NCBI RefSeq assembly: GCF_016127575.1
Contig: NZ_CP066020.1
Coordinates: 270,001-302,000 of the forward strand
Source of the DNA: Cupriavidus necator
GTDB lineage: Bacteria > Pseudomonadota > Gammaproteobacteria > Burkholderiales > Burkholderiaceae
DNA length: 32,000 bases
Direction: 5' to 3'
The notes under the pieces were generated by a model. That model saw only the letters and a program-made list of their open reading frames with translations, was not told the DNA's origin and searched no databases. Both the position numbers and the translations under genes were made by a program. Position 1 is the first letter of the stretch; every line of letters starts with the position of its first letter. Shown in pieces: positions 1 through 9,639 of the stretch.

Positions 1-269
1 CGGTAGGAATACCGGTTGCCCGGTACCCACCGGGTCGCCGTGGCAGTCACCCGCTTCCGACTCCCACGTGTCGCACTTGTCGAAATCTACTACGCGGGCT
101 TTGTCGCCTCCCGTTGTCACGATTCGGGGTGCTCGCAGGGCTCTGGAGCTGCCTGACGTCTAGATGAGCCCGCCGGCGGATACGGCCATCGATGCCGAGT
201 AGGCAGAACAAGAGGCCAACTCCATGAACGAAGTGACGCATACTTTAAGCACCGAACAATCTTGTGGAC

Positions 270-283
270 TTGATCGCGAGCAA
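270..283. promoter_or_regulatory. FNR/CRP-family box candidate (TTGAT-CGCG-AGCAA)
   Basis: 9/10 match to TTGAT-N4-ATCAA in the AT-rich region upstream of the acyl-CoA dehydrogenase ATG (479). A TAATAT hexamer lies about 30 nt downstream (312-317). Confidence 0.3.
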
Positions 284-341
284 ATTAATGTCAATTTATA
301 CAAACCGCCAATAATATGAATTGAATGCATGAAAGATCCAG

Positions 342-355
342 AAAATGATCATTTT
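342..355. promoter_or_regulatory. Perfect 14-bp palindrome AAAATGATCATTTT, a possible operator
   Basis: The sequence is its own reverse complement. It lies 124 nt upstream of the acyl-CoA dehydrogenase start in an AT-rich intergenic stretch. Confidence 0.2.
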
Positions 356-478
356 TTCACTGGGAGCTCCTGCGATAGAGTCGTGATCGGAAGTCGATGA
401 ACGACCGAGCAAGCCAATTTGGTTACCAAGATCGGGATAAGCGTCACTTCCCTTCCATAATCTAGCGAGGGAATCGTC

Positions 479-1705
479 ATGCAATTCGAGTACACGCCGA
501 AGGTCAAGGAGATGCAGGCCAAGCTGCTGGCCTTCTTCGAAAGGCACATCTATCCGAATGAACAGCGCTTCGAGGAGGAGATCGACGCTAACCGCCGCGC
601 CGGCAATGCATGGATTCCCTCCACGGTGATCGACGAACTCAAGCCGCGGGCGCGCGAAGCCGGCCTGTGGAACCTTTTCCTGCCGCGTTCGCCGCGCGCC
701 GCGCAGGGCCTGTCCAACCTCGAGTACGCACCGCTATGTGAGATCATGGGCCGCGTGCCCTGGTCGGCCGAGGTGTTCAACTGCTCGGCGCCCGACACCG
801 GCAACATGGAAACGCTGGAGCGCTACGCCTCGGAAGAACTGAAGGACCAGTGGCTGGAGCCGCTGCTGGCCGGTGAAATCCGCTCGGCCTTCCTGATGAC
901 GGAGCCAGCCGTGGCCTCGTCGGACGCCACCAACATTGCCTGCCGCATCGAGCGCGACGGCGACCACTATGTGATCAACGGCACCAAGTGGTGGTCATCG
1001 GGCGCGGGCGACCCGCGCTGCAAGGTCTACATCGTGATGGGCAAGTCCAATCCCGACGCTGCCCGCCATGAGCAGCAGTCGATGATCGTGGTGCCGGCCG
1101 ACGCGCCTGGCGTTACCGTCAAACGCTTCGTTCCCGTGTTCGGCTACGACCATGCACCGCACGGCCACATGGAAATCGAGCTGAAGAACGTGCGCGTGCC
1201 GGCTTCGAACATCCTGCTGGGCGAAGGCCGCGGCTTCGAGATGGCCCAGGGCCGCCTGGGCCCTGGCCGTATTCACCACTGCATGCGCAGCATCGGTGCG
1301 GCCGAGCGGACACTGGAACTGATGTGCAAGCGCAGCCTGGACCGCGTTGCCTTCGGCAAGGAGATCGCCCGCCACGGCGTGACGCAGGAACGCATCGCCG
1401 AAGCCCGCTGCGAAATCGAAATGGCCCGCCTGCTCACACTCAAGGCGGGGTACATGATGGACACCGTGGGCAACAAGGTGGCCAAGGCCGAGATCGCCAT
1501 GATCAAGGTGGTGGCCCCAAACGTGGCGCTGAAGGTAATCGACTGGGCTATCCAGGTCCACGGCGCGGCCGGCGTGTCGAGCGACTTCCCGCTGGCCAGC
1601 TGGTGGGCGCACCAGCGTACGCTGCGGCTGGCCGATGGTCCGGACGAGGTGCACCGCAACGCCATCGCCAAGCTTGAACTACTGAAGTACCGTTCGGATC
1701 GCTGA
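479..1705 (+). CDS. Acyl-CoA dehydrogenase family protein (408 aa)
   Basis: Uninterrupted 408-aa ORF with a GAGGGA Shine-Dalgarno 6 nt before the ATG. The sequence ([28 protein letters not shown]..., [33 protein letters not shown]) is typical of FadE/ACAD10-11-like acyl-CoA dehydrogenases. Confidence 0.9.
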   Translation: MQFEYTPKVKEMQAKLLAFFERHIYPNEQRFEEEIDANRRAGNAWIPSTVIDELKPRAREAGLWNLFLPRSPRAAQGLSNLEYAPLCEIMGRVPWSAEVFNCSAPDTGNMETLERYASEELKDQWLEPLLAGEIRSAFLMTEPAVASSDATNIACRIERDGDHYVINGTKWWSSGAGDPRCKVYIVMGKSNPDAARHEQQSMIVVPADAPGVTVKRFVPVFGYDHAPHGHMEIELKNVRVPASNILLGEGRGFEMAQGRLGPGRIHHCMRSIGAAERTLELMCKRSLDRVAFGKEIARHGVTQERIAEARCEIEMARLLTLKAGYMMDTVGNKVAKAEIAMIKVVAPNVALKVIDWAIQVHGAAGVSSDFPLASWWAHQRTLRLADGPDEVHRNAIAKLELLKYRSDR

Positions 1706-1725
1706 AGCGTAGGCGATTTCTTCAA

Positions 1726-1763
1726 GCCTCCCCCGCGCTAATCACGTTGTGGCGTGGGGAGGC
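1726..1763 (+). terminator. GC-rich hairpin after the acyl-CoA dehydrogenase gene
   Basis: GCCTCCCC(C)GC pairs with GC(T)GGGGAGGC, giving 8+3 bp with one bulge and a 15-nt loop. It starts 21 nt after the stop codon. There is no clear U-tract. Confidence 0.3.
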
Positions 1764-1855
1764 GCTCATCCATGGAGCCCTTTGATTTCCGTGTAACGCG
1801 TGCCAAGAACGTGAGCATCAGGTGACCGATGCCTGCGATGCTTTAGGGAAGATGA

Positions 1856-2250
1856 GTGCGGGGACGGCCCCTCGAAGTCGGATTGCAGGAGCGGGCTTCA
1901 AACCGCCACAAGCTGCGTGGGTGAAGAGCCCCCGTGGTGAGCGTTGTCGGAAAAGTCGGGGGCAACCTCGGCAGGTGGGAGTCAAAGAGACGAACGCGAG
2001 TGAACCGCTGATGACGTGCCGTAAAAATCATAATCGATGTCAAAACCGGGGGGATTGCATGCTCCGGGAAAATTTTGGGCGATGCCTGCTGATGTCCCAA
2101 TCGGCATCCGGCATAAAGGCGGCGTGACTTTGATTCAGGCTTCGGTAAGGAACTGGGGAATCTGTCGTCCCGATGCGAAGGGAGAAATCCAAGCGGAAGG
2201 CTCCGCAAGGATGAGTGCACCGATGCGGGGGGCGTACTTGCATTAATCGA
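1856..2250 (+). ncRNA. Structured non-coding segment, a candidate 5' portion (domains I-III) of a group II intron ribozyme; boundaries uncertain
   Basis: About 400 nt with no credible ORF. It begins with GTGCG (1856-1860) and is rich in short complementary arms. It contains classic stable tetraloops: C(UUCG)G at 2140-2145 and CC(GCAA)GG at 2203-2210. No domain V or reverse transcriptase ORF follows, and the segment abuts an IS5 fragment. Confidence 0.3.
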
Positions 2251-2284
2251 ATCTGAAGACAAAGTGACTCCCGTGATCCGGAGA

Positions 2285-2592
2285 TCAGGCGATGCGGACG
2301 GATTGCGGGCGTGCGAGAGCCACCATGCGGTTAAGCACGCCTACGCGGATCGCCACTTCTGTTGATTGCGAAGCCGATGCCACGCGCCCAAAGGCGATTG
2401 ACGTTTTGAGCCGGTACATCAGGTTCTCGATCAGCGAGCGGCAGTGGTAGCCGCAGCCCCTCTTCCATTCCCCTCGCCAGTTTCGCGCAATGGCGTCAAT
2501 GGCCTCGTTGCGCCACTGCGCGCCGGGCGTTCTCTCAGACCAAGCGCCGCCCCTTCGCGCGGTGGGATCGAGGTTGCGCGCCGCGGGCTTCG
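2285..2592 (-). mobile_element. IS5-family DDE transposase, C-terminal fragment only
   Basis: The translation ...WRNEAIDAIARNWRGEWKRGCGYHCRSLIENLMYRLKTSIAFGRVASASQSTEVAIRVGVLNRMVALARPQSVRIA parallels the C-terminus of E. coli IS5 transposase (...YNRRSIAETAMYRVKQLFGG...ALNKMTKAGMPESVRIA). The N-terminal two thirds are missing. The reading frame fuses into Usp-like sequence near 2592. Confidence 0.7.
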
Positions 2593-3229
2593 ATTTGAGG
2601 CGCATCTCGGCTCCGACGCCATGGCTGGCCAGCCAGCTTGCCAGGCGGGCCCCGCTTTCCTCGTCCGGTTCGCCATCGCTGTTTGAGACAACCACGATCG
2701 AAACAATTGAGGCAAGCCGAAGCATTGGCAGCGCATCGGCAACAGCCCTCGCCGCCTCAGCCTGCCGTTCCACGCAATTGCGACACGGCCTCGCAGTTGC
2801 GGCCAGGCCTTTCCCGGCACCAGCGACACAGGCCGTCCAGCGTTCAGCAACGCGTACTCCGCCGCCTTGGCCATGGGCGCCGGCACGTTTTCATCTGTGG
2901 ACGGCGGCGTCCGGAAGAATGATGTCGGCGAAGCGGCCTTCCCTGGCAAGCGCCCAGCCCTCTTCTGCTTCAACGACGGCTTGCCTGATCGGTATCGACG
3001 GTGCCGCCTGCTTCACCAGGTCTCGCAGGACAGCGTAGTGCTCGGCTGCGAGAGCGGCGTATTTTCCGGCCTCTTCACCAGCGCCGCGGTAAGGCTCCAG
3101 TTGCGTGCCAGTCGCCGTCAGTCCAACGATGCTGCCGTCGAACAGCAACGCAAGTCCTGCTGCGGCTTCAATGCGTGCGTCTCGTGCATCGTCTTCCCTG
3201 AGGTCGACGAGCATTGTCCTGAAGTTCAT
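2593..3229 (-). pseudogene. Tandem-domain universal stress protein gene, frameshifted at least twice and truncated by the IS5 fragment
   Basis: Domain 1 (MNFRTMLVDLREDD...FADIIL) is in one frame. ...AAEYALLNAGRPVSLVP...RVAIAWNG is in a second frame. ...EAARAVADALPMLRLASIVSIVVV...LASHGVGAE is in a third. The Usp-like sequence ends at the IS5 junction. Confidence 0.6.
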
Positions 3230-3339
3230 TAAACCTCCTGCAAGCTTGAAGAAGAAGCCCGGAATGACCGGAGACGGGCCTTGGCGGATTGCATGCGAAC
3301 TGAAGTAAACAGCGATTCACGCCTGCCAGATAACGCAGC

Positions 3340-4695
3340 GCCCCCCGCCAGTCGATCTGGTAAGACTGGCGGTACTCCGGCATGGTGGCGGTCCAACGGA
3401 GATCCCGCTCGATGTGCTGCCGGAGGGCATCGCTGGACTTCGGCTCGCGGTGGACGACGAATGATTGCCGCGGCGTCTGGCCCGCCAAGCCAGGTCACCA
3501 GCTCGGCCGCATCGGCATGCGCCGAGAGATTCTCGATCTGCTCGACCGTCGCGCGCACGACGATGTCCTGCCCGTGGAGCCGGATGTCGCGCTGGCCCGC
3601 GGCCAGTGCGGCTCCCCGTTCCGACCGCCTGGAAGCCCGACAGCAGGATCGTGCTGCGCGGGGTCCTGCCCATACGCCGCAAGGTGGTGCATGCGCCCGC
3701 CGGTTGCCATGCCGCTGCCGGCCAGGATGATCTTGGGACTGCGATCCCGGTTCAGCCAGACCGACTGCTCCATGCTCTGTACCGGCGTTGCCAGGCCGCA
3801 TGCATCGGCGCATGCAGCGCGGTCGATATGCAGCTCTTCCGGATGCAGCGAGAAGATCGTGGTCGCGTCGATCGCCATCGGGCTGTTGAGGTAGACCGGC
3901 ACTTCCGGAATCCGCTTCAGCTCGCGCAGCCTGTGCAGGCAATACAGCAAGCTCTGCGTGCGGCCTACCGCGAAGGCAGGAATGATCAGGCTGTCGCCGC
4001 GCCCGATGGTCCGGCTGATGATTTCGCCGAGTATGCCGATGGGGTCGCCGCCAGGATGCAGCCGGTCCCCGTAGGGCGACTCGACCAGCAAGTAGTCAGC
4101 CTGCCTCCGCTTCCGGCGCGCGCATGACCAAGTCATGCTGGCGCCCGAGGTCGCCCGAGAATACGATGCGCTGGCCTTGCGCGAGCAGCGTGACGATGGC
4201 CGACCCGACGATATGACCTGCCCGGCTGAACTCCGCTTCCACACCGGGAACCACCGTGAAGTGCTGGCCGTAGTGCGTCGGGCCCAGCCGGCGCAGTGCG
4301 TGTTCGACATCCGCACTGGTGTAGGGTGGCAATGTCGGCCGATGGCGCGAGAATCCCTTGCGGTTGGCGTAGGCCGCATCTTCCGCCGCCAGGTGCGCGC
4401 TGTCAGGCAACAGAATGCCGCAAAGCTGCGCGGTACCCATCGTGCAATAGGCGCTGCCCCGGAACCCGTTACGCACGAGCAGCGGCAGGTAACCGCTGTG
4501 GTCGAGGTGAGCATGAGTCAACACCACCCCATCGAGGCTCGCAGGATCAACCGGGAGCGGATCCCAGTTGCGCAGCCGCAAGGTCTTGTACCCCTGGAAC
4601 AAGCCGCAATCGACCATGACGCGGTCGCGCCCGGTGTCGAGCACGTACCTGGAGCCGGTTACCGTATCGGTCGCCCCCAGGAATTGCAGTTGCAT
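3340..4695 (-). pseudogene. MBL-fold beta-CASP metallo-hydrolase gene with at least 4 frameshifts
   Basis: The N-terminus is intact for 199 aa (MQLQFLGATDTVTGSRYVL..., HAHLDHSGYLP, FSGDLGR). It continues in other frames as ADYLLVESPYGDRLH...AFAVGRTQSLLY...GSGMATGGRMHH, then TILLSGFQAVGT, then LSAHADAAELVTWL, then FVVHREP. The 3' end is approximate. Confidence 0.75.
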
Positions 4696-4818
4696 GCCGG
4701 CGTCCTCATATCAATGCGAGAGCTGAATCACAGACCCAGTCTAGGGGCAGCACCACAGGACTGCGATTGATCCAGGTCGACGGGCTGGCGCACGGCGGGA
4801 AGGGAGCTGCCGAATGGC

Positions 4819-6068
4819 TCAGGCGGCAGTCCGCTGCAGGCAGGCCACCACCCACGAAGCCCCGGTGGAAAGCGCCAGCCCGATGCCGACAGGCAAGGCA
4901 AACCTGGCGCCGCCCGTCAGGGCAGCCGCGACGATCTTGCTGACCGTATTGGCCGTCAACGCGCCGAGCACCGGCCATATCGACGCGTGGTCATCCAGCT
5001 TTCCGGCTCCCACGAGCGCCCCGATCGATGTCGCCGCGGCATGCGCGTCCGCGAAGCCGGCCCCGACTGCCAGTGCAAGTAGGCCGTATTGCCGCCCCAG
5101 GCCTGTGTCGCGGCCCCCACCAGCTGCAGGACACCAAACAGCAGCGCAAAGCCACCCGCTCCGCGCCAGTCGAACGAGCGGCCGGCTAACAGCCCCTCGC
5201 CGGCTGCCGGCGTCTCGCGCAGCGCCCGCCACAGCCAGACCCCGCCACAGGCCGCGATCGCCAGCAGGCCCGCAGCCAGCGGCAGTGCCAGCGCCTGCAA
5301 GGCGGAAACGCTAGTGGCGCCGAGCAGCAGCGTTATCTGGATGAAGGTAGCGACGGTCGACAGCAAGGCCGCCGCGACGGGGCCGTGGACCGGGCTGTCG
5401 GCCTTGCGTGCCCGCACCGCCATCGCGCCGATCGTGGCCACGCTGGAAACAAAGCCGCCGAACAGGCCCGTCATGGGCAGCCCGAAGTGCTCGCCGAACA
5501 TGCGCGCGAAAATATGCCCCGCTGCCCGGCCAGCAGCACCAGCAGCACGACCAGCCAGAGCGCATGCGGATTCCAGGCGTCGAGCGGCCCCATGTAGCGG
5601 TCTGGCAGCAGCGGCCAGACGATCAGGGCTGCCGCAGCCAGGATCAGCGCATCGCTCATTTCCTCTCGGGTGACGACGTTGCGCGCGATGTGATGCAGGA
5701 ACGCCTTGCCATGCAGCAAGAGCACCACGGCAGTGGCAAAGCCCGCCGCCAGCACTGCGTGCGTCACTGTCAACGCGCCCAGCAGGATGGTGAGCAGAGG
5801 CGAATTCCGTAGTGAGCCCGGCGTCCCGGTTCGCGGATCGCTGGTAGCTGATCGCTGCCAGCACCGTTGCGCCCAACAACGCGAGGGGCAGCAGCAGCCG
5901 ATCAGGCAGCATCGCGCAGATGGCGCCCGACAGGCTGGCGACAGCAAAGGTGCGCAACCCCGCGGGATCTTCGCCGCCGTCGGCGGCGGACTGGCTGCGT
6001 TCACGCTCCAGCCCGATGGCAAGCCCGATGCCAAGCGCCACTGATACGGAAAGGATCAGGGGGTCCAT
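4819..6068 (-). pseudogene. MgtC/SapB N-terminal plus DUF4010-type membrane protein gene with at least 3 frameshifts
   Basis: MDPLILSVSVALGIGLAIGLERE... switches to ...LLTILLGALTVTHAVLAAGFATAVVLLLHGKAFLHH...LIVWPLLPDRYMGPL.... It then returns to ...HFGLPMTGLFGGFVSSVATIGAM..., and ends in a third frame as ...FADAHAAATSIGALVGAGKLD...ALSTGASWVVACL. Confidence 0.65.
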
Positions 6069-6144
6069 GCCCAGTCCTCAAGTCGCGCGGTCGTCACACC
6101 AGTGAATCCAGTATTGGCCACTATCGGAAACTCTGCCACGCCCG

Positions 6145-6158
6145 CCGCTCCGGGTTGA
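6145..6158. promoter_or_regulatory. FNR/DNR-type box TTGAT-GCAT-GTCAA
   Basis: 9/10 match to TTGAT-N4-ATCAA, in a palindromic form. It sits in the divergent intergenic region, 98 nt from the usp ATG (6256) and 77 nt from the MgtC-like start (6068). Confidence 0.55.
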
Positions 6159-6255
6159 TGCATGTCAAGCGCGTATTACTGCCCGGGGGGTACGCTGAAT
6201 ACAACGAAACGCAAAAAAGATCGCATACTCATCACTACCCGTGAGAAGACACATC

Positions 6256-6711
6256 ATGTACCAGCGCATCCTGCTCGCCGTCGACGGCAGCCGTTCGTCC
6301 GACCTGGCGCTGAGCCAGGCCATCATCGTCGCGAAGGCGACCGGGGCGGAGGTCAAGGCGCTGTTCGTGTTGGACGACAGCGATATCTACTTCGAGACCA
6401 GCTACTTCGACCCCAAGGAATTGTTGGACAACATCATGGCGGATGGCCGCAAGGCGCTGGACGCCGCCACAGCCAGGCTCAGCGAGGCGGGCGTCGGGAA
6501 CACGGCGCAGCTGGTGGAGAAGCCGGTGTCGCCCGGCCGGATCTCGTTGACGATCGTCGGCGAAGCCGATGCGTGGAATGCCGACCTGATCGTGCTCGGC
6601 ACGCACGGCCGTCGCGGCGTCAGGCGCTTGCTGATGGGCAGCGTGTCCGAAGGCGTGATCGCCAGGACCAGCAAGCCGGTGCTGCTGGTTCGCAGCGAAA
6701 CCGAAGGCTAG
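6256..6711 (+). CDS. Universal stress protein (UspA family, single domain)
   Basis: MYQRILLAVDGSRSSDLAL...ADLIVLGTHGRRGVRRLLMGSVSEGVIARTSKPVLLV is the canonical Usp signature. GAGAAG lies 7 nt before ATG 6256. The ORF track starts at an upstream GTG (6241). Confidence 0.9.
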   Translation: MYQRILLAVDGSRSSDLALSQAIIVAKATGAEVKALFVLDDSDIYFETSYFDPKELLDNIMADGRKALDAATARLSEAGVGNTAQLVEKPVSPGRISLTIVGEADAWNADLIVLGTHGRRGVRRLLMGSVSEGVIARTSKPVLLVRSETEG

Positions 6712-6726
6712 CGTGGCGCCCGCACA

Positions 6727-7747
6727 ATGACGGAGCATCGCGCTATGGCCCAGACCATGCGAGCCATGATCTTCGAGGGCGCAGGACTGCCGCTGCGCCT
6801 GCAGGACGTGCCGGTTCCCGACCCGGGGCCCGGCGAGGTGTGCATCGCCGCGGCTGCATGCGAGGTGTGCCACACCGACCTGCATATCGCCGACGGCGAC
6901 CTCTCCCACCCCAAGCCGGCGCTGATCCCGGGGCATGAAGCCGTCGGCCAGGTCGAATCGTGCGGCACCGGTGTCACGGCATTCTCGCCCGGCGAGCGCG
7001 TAGGCGTGCCGTGGCTGGGAAATACCTGCGGTGATTGCCGCTACTGCATGCATCTTCACGGGAACCTCTGCGATGCGCCGCAGCTCACCGGATACACGCG
7101 CGATGGCGGCTACGCGGAATACGTGGTCGCCGACAGCAGCTACTACTTCAGGATTCCGCCCGCCTACGACGACGAACATGCTGAGCCGCTGCTCTGCGCC
7201 GGCCTGATCGACTACCGGACGTTGCGAATGGCGGGCGAGGCCCAGCGCATCGGCATCTACGGCTTCGGCGCCGCGGCCCACCTAGTGACACAAATTGCCG
7301 CCGCACAAGGCCGTGAGGTCTATGGCTTCACTCGCGCGGGCGACACCGGCGCCCAGCAACTGGCCTACGAGACCGGCGCGTGCTGGGCCGGCTCCAGCGA
7401 CCTCCAGTCGCCCGTGGCGCTGGATGCGGCGCTTATCTTCGCCCCGGTGGGTGCGCTGGTTCCCTGCGCGCTGCGCGCCGTGGACAAGGGGGAGCGCTGT
7501 CGTCTGCGCCGGCATCCACATGAGCGACATCCCGCGCATGCCCTACCAGCTGCTATGGGAAGAGCGTCGCCTGTGTTCGGTCGCCAACCTCACGCGCGCC
7601 GACGGAATTGCGTTGATGCAGATCGCCGTCCGGACGCCGCTGCAGACGCACACGACCGCCTACCCGCTCGAGCAGGCCAATGCGGCACTGGCCGATCTGC
7701 GCGAGGGGCGTCTGTCCGGTGCCGCCGTCCTGAGAATCCGTCACTAA
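6727..7747 (+). pseudogene. Zinc-dependent alcohol dehydrogenase with a single frameshift at a G5 run
   Basis: The N-terminal 250 aa carry CEVCHTDLH, GHEAVG and CGDCRYC (both Zn sites). After RAVDKG the frame breaks at GGGGG (7488-7492). The homologous C-terminus (AVVCAGIHMSDIPRMPYQLLWEERRLCSVANLTRAD...AVLRIRH) continues in another frame to stop codon 7745-7747. The start could be 6727 or 6745. Confidence 0.8.
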
Positions 7748-7766
7748 GGCTTCGGCAGATATCCCC

Positions 7767-9110
7767 ATGAGCCGTTACCAGACACGTTTCCAGACGCGGG
7801 AGCAGGCCGGCACGGAGCTGGCGTTGGCATTGCGTCCGTACCAGGGGACCGGCGCCCTGGTCCTGGCGATTCCGCGCGGCGGCGTGCCAGTCGGGCGCAT
7901 CGTCGCCGATTCACTGGGTGCCGACTTCGACCTGGTGATGGCGCGCAGGATCGTGCCAGGCATGGCGCTGGACGAATCCGGCGCGACATGGTGCACGTAC
8001 GAAGCCAACGCGGACGGCGCGACCGACAGCCAGCGTGACGCCCAGTTCGACCAGCTGCGCCGGCAGCGCGCGGTCTATATGGCGGTTCGCAAGATTGCGG
8101 ACCCGAAGGGGCGCGTGGTGATCGTCGTGGATGACGGCCTGGTCAGCGGCGCGACCATGTACGCGGCGTTGGCCGGCCTGCGCAAGCGGCGCCCCGCCCG
8201 GCTCATCTGCGCAATCCCGATCGCCGCCAGGGCCGGGCTGGATCGGGTCCGCGCCCTGGCCGACGAGATCGTCTGTCTGGATACGCCGGATCGTATCGAG
8301 AACCTAGCGCACTTCTATCGCGAGTTCCAGTTGGTCAGCGACGACCGCGTCAGACAATTGACCGCGATACAGCCAGCCCAATCCCAGGCTCGCTCCCGGC
8401 CAGGCGCCGTGGTGCGCATGCCATCGCTCAGCCTTGCCCTGCAAATTCCTTATGGCACCAGCCGGCTACCCGCCATGCTCGAATCGGCGCCGAATCCGAT
8501 GGGCGTCGCGCTGATGGTATGTGCCGGTGGCGCGCAGCGCCGTGCGGCCCGCAGCCAATACCTGGCGCGCAAGCTTCGGGCGAAGGGATTCGCCACCATG
8601 CTTGTGGACCTGCAGCCCGAGAGCAGGGACAATGACGCCCCAGAATCAGAAATCGATGACCTTGCGAGAAGGCTAAACCAGGCGCTGATTTTCCTGCGCG
8701 CCAGGATGCCGTGCGCAAAGCTTCCGGCGGGCTTGCTCAGTACCGGTACCGCAGGGGCGGCCGCGCTGCGTGCGGCCGCATGCAGCGCGGACCTTCTCGG
8801 CGCCGTAGCCTGCGTTGCGGGACGCCCGGATCTCGCGGGCAGTGCAACCTTGCAGCGGCTGGACATCCCCGCCCTGCTGATGTGCGCCAGCGGCGATGCG
8901 CAGAACATCCACATCAATAACCTTGCATTCGAACAAATGCACTGCCTGCGGCAACTGCGGCTCATTCCGACCAGCGGCCGCGGATTCGAAGACCGCAATG
9001 CCATGGAAGACATCGCGACGCTCACGGCAGACTGGTTCGGGCGGCACCTCGCAACCGCGTCGCCTCCCAGTCTGGCATACGGGGGACGACAAACACCCCC
9101 AAACATGTGA
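7767..9110 (+). CDS. Phosphoribosyltransferase-like domain fused to an alpha/beta (dienelactone-type) hydrolase-like domain (447 aa)
   Basis: The N-terminal half reads FQTREQAGTELALAL...VLAIPRGGVPVG...VVIVVDDGLVSGATM, which is a PRTase fold signature. The C-terminal half (VALMVCAGGAQRRAARSQYLARKL...LLMCASGD) looks like an alpha/beta hydrolase. The ATG is 20 nt after the ADH stop. Confidence 0.75.
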   Translation: MSRYQTRFQTREQAGTELALALRPYQGTGALVLAIPRGGVPVGRIVADSLGADFDLVMARRIVPGMALDESGATWCTYEANADGATDSQRDAQFDQLRRQRAVYMAVRKIADPKGRVVIVVDDGLVSGATMYAALAGLRKRRPARLICAIPIAARAGLDRVRALADEIVCLDTPDRIENLAHFYREFQLVSDDRVRQLTAIQPAQSQARSRPGAVVRMPSLSLALQIPYGTSRLPAMLESAPNPMGVALMVCAGGAQRRAARSQYLARKLRAKGFATMLVDLQPESRDNDAPESEIDDLARRLNQALIFLRARMPCAKLPAGLLSTGTAGAAALRAAACSADLLGAVACVAGRPDLAGSATLQRLDIPALLMCASGDAQNIHINNLAFEQMHCLRQLRLIPTSGRGFEDRNAMEDIATLTADWFGRHLATASPPSLAYGGRQTPPNM

Positions 9111-9148
9111 CGCCGCATTCATTCCCGTGCGGCTTTCCCCACCTATAC

Positions 9149-9543
9149 TCAGTGCAGGTGACGGCGCCCCGGAGTCACAGGTACGGTGACCTTCAGCCGG
9201 ATATCAAGCCGGTGACCGTCAAATTCCACGACTTGATAGGGTCGCGTGGCCGAGGGACTTCCCGCTTCGTCATCGTAGAGCGGCGGCCCCTTCAGATGTG
9301 AAGGCTCCAGCCGCTCGAGCAGCCGTGTCAAAGCTGTCCCGGCTGATCCGAGTCGATAGCCGCTGTGGTTCGGGCGTTGGCAGTCGTACTCCGGAAGGCG
9401 CTCAACGATTCGTTGCCGCGCCACATTGATTCCCGGAGGGGACGCCCTTGCCGCGCAAGCATCTTGGCTGACACGGCCGCGTCAAGCCCACCTTCCCGGC
9501 CTGGATCGTAAGCCCCGCCCGCGGGTGGCCAACGTCCTATCAC
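9149..9543 (-). mobile_element. Remnant of a DDE (rve-type, TniA/Mu-like) transposase; fragmentary and frameshifted
   Basis: The translation ...QRPNHSGYRLGS...ATRPYQVVEFDGHRLDIRLKV resembles the region entering the first catalytic Asp of TniA/Mu-like transposases (RP..Q.DHT.LD). It breaks off abruptly about 40 nt from the neighbouring gene. Confidence 0.35.
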
Positions 9544-9639
9544 CTAAGGTCTAAGCCGGAGTTTGATGGTTGTAGTTTGAGTATGGCGATTAATTGCATT
9601 TTGCCCCATGAGTATGGTCGAATGGGTAGAGCTTGCGGC

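Noticed and set aside
1-241. A minus-strand 64-aa ORF (47-241). A different minus-strand frame (...IVTTGGDKARVVDFDKCDTWESEAGDCHGDPVGTGQPVFLP) stays open to the left edge.
   Set aside because: The 64-aa ORF is Arg-rich with no motif. The open frame looks vaguely protein-like, but I see no ATG or SD (only a GTG at 120) and cannot recognise a family. It may be the 5' end of a gene or a remnant continuing outside the window. There is not enough evidence to call it.
1822-2262. Overlapping 67-139-aa ORFs on both strands inside the structured-RNA region.
   Set aside because: They are mutually overlapping and lack ribosome-binding sites. Their compositions are unlike the flanking genes. The region is better explained as non-coding structured RNA or mobile-element debris.
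6235-7281. A 348-aa minus-strand ORF antisense to usp and adh.
   Set aside because: It is a shadow frame. The plus-strand genes have clear family signatures and ribosome-binding sites.
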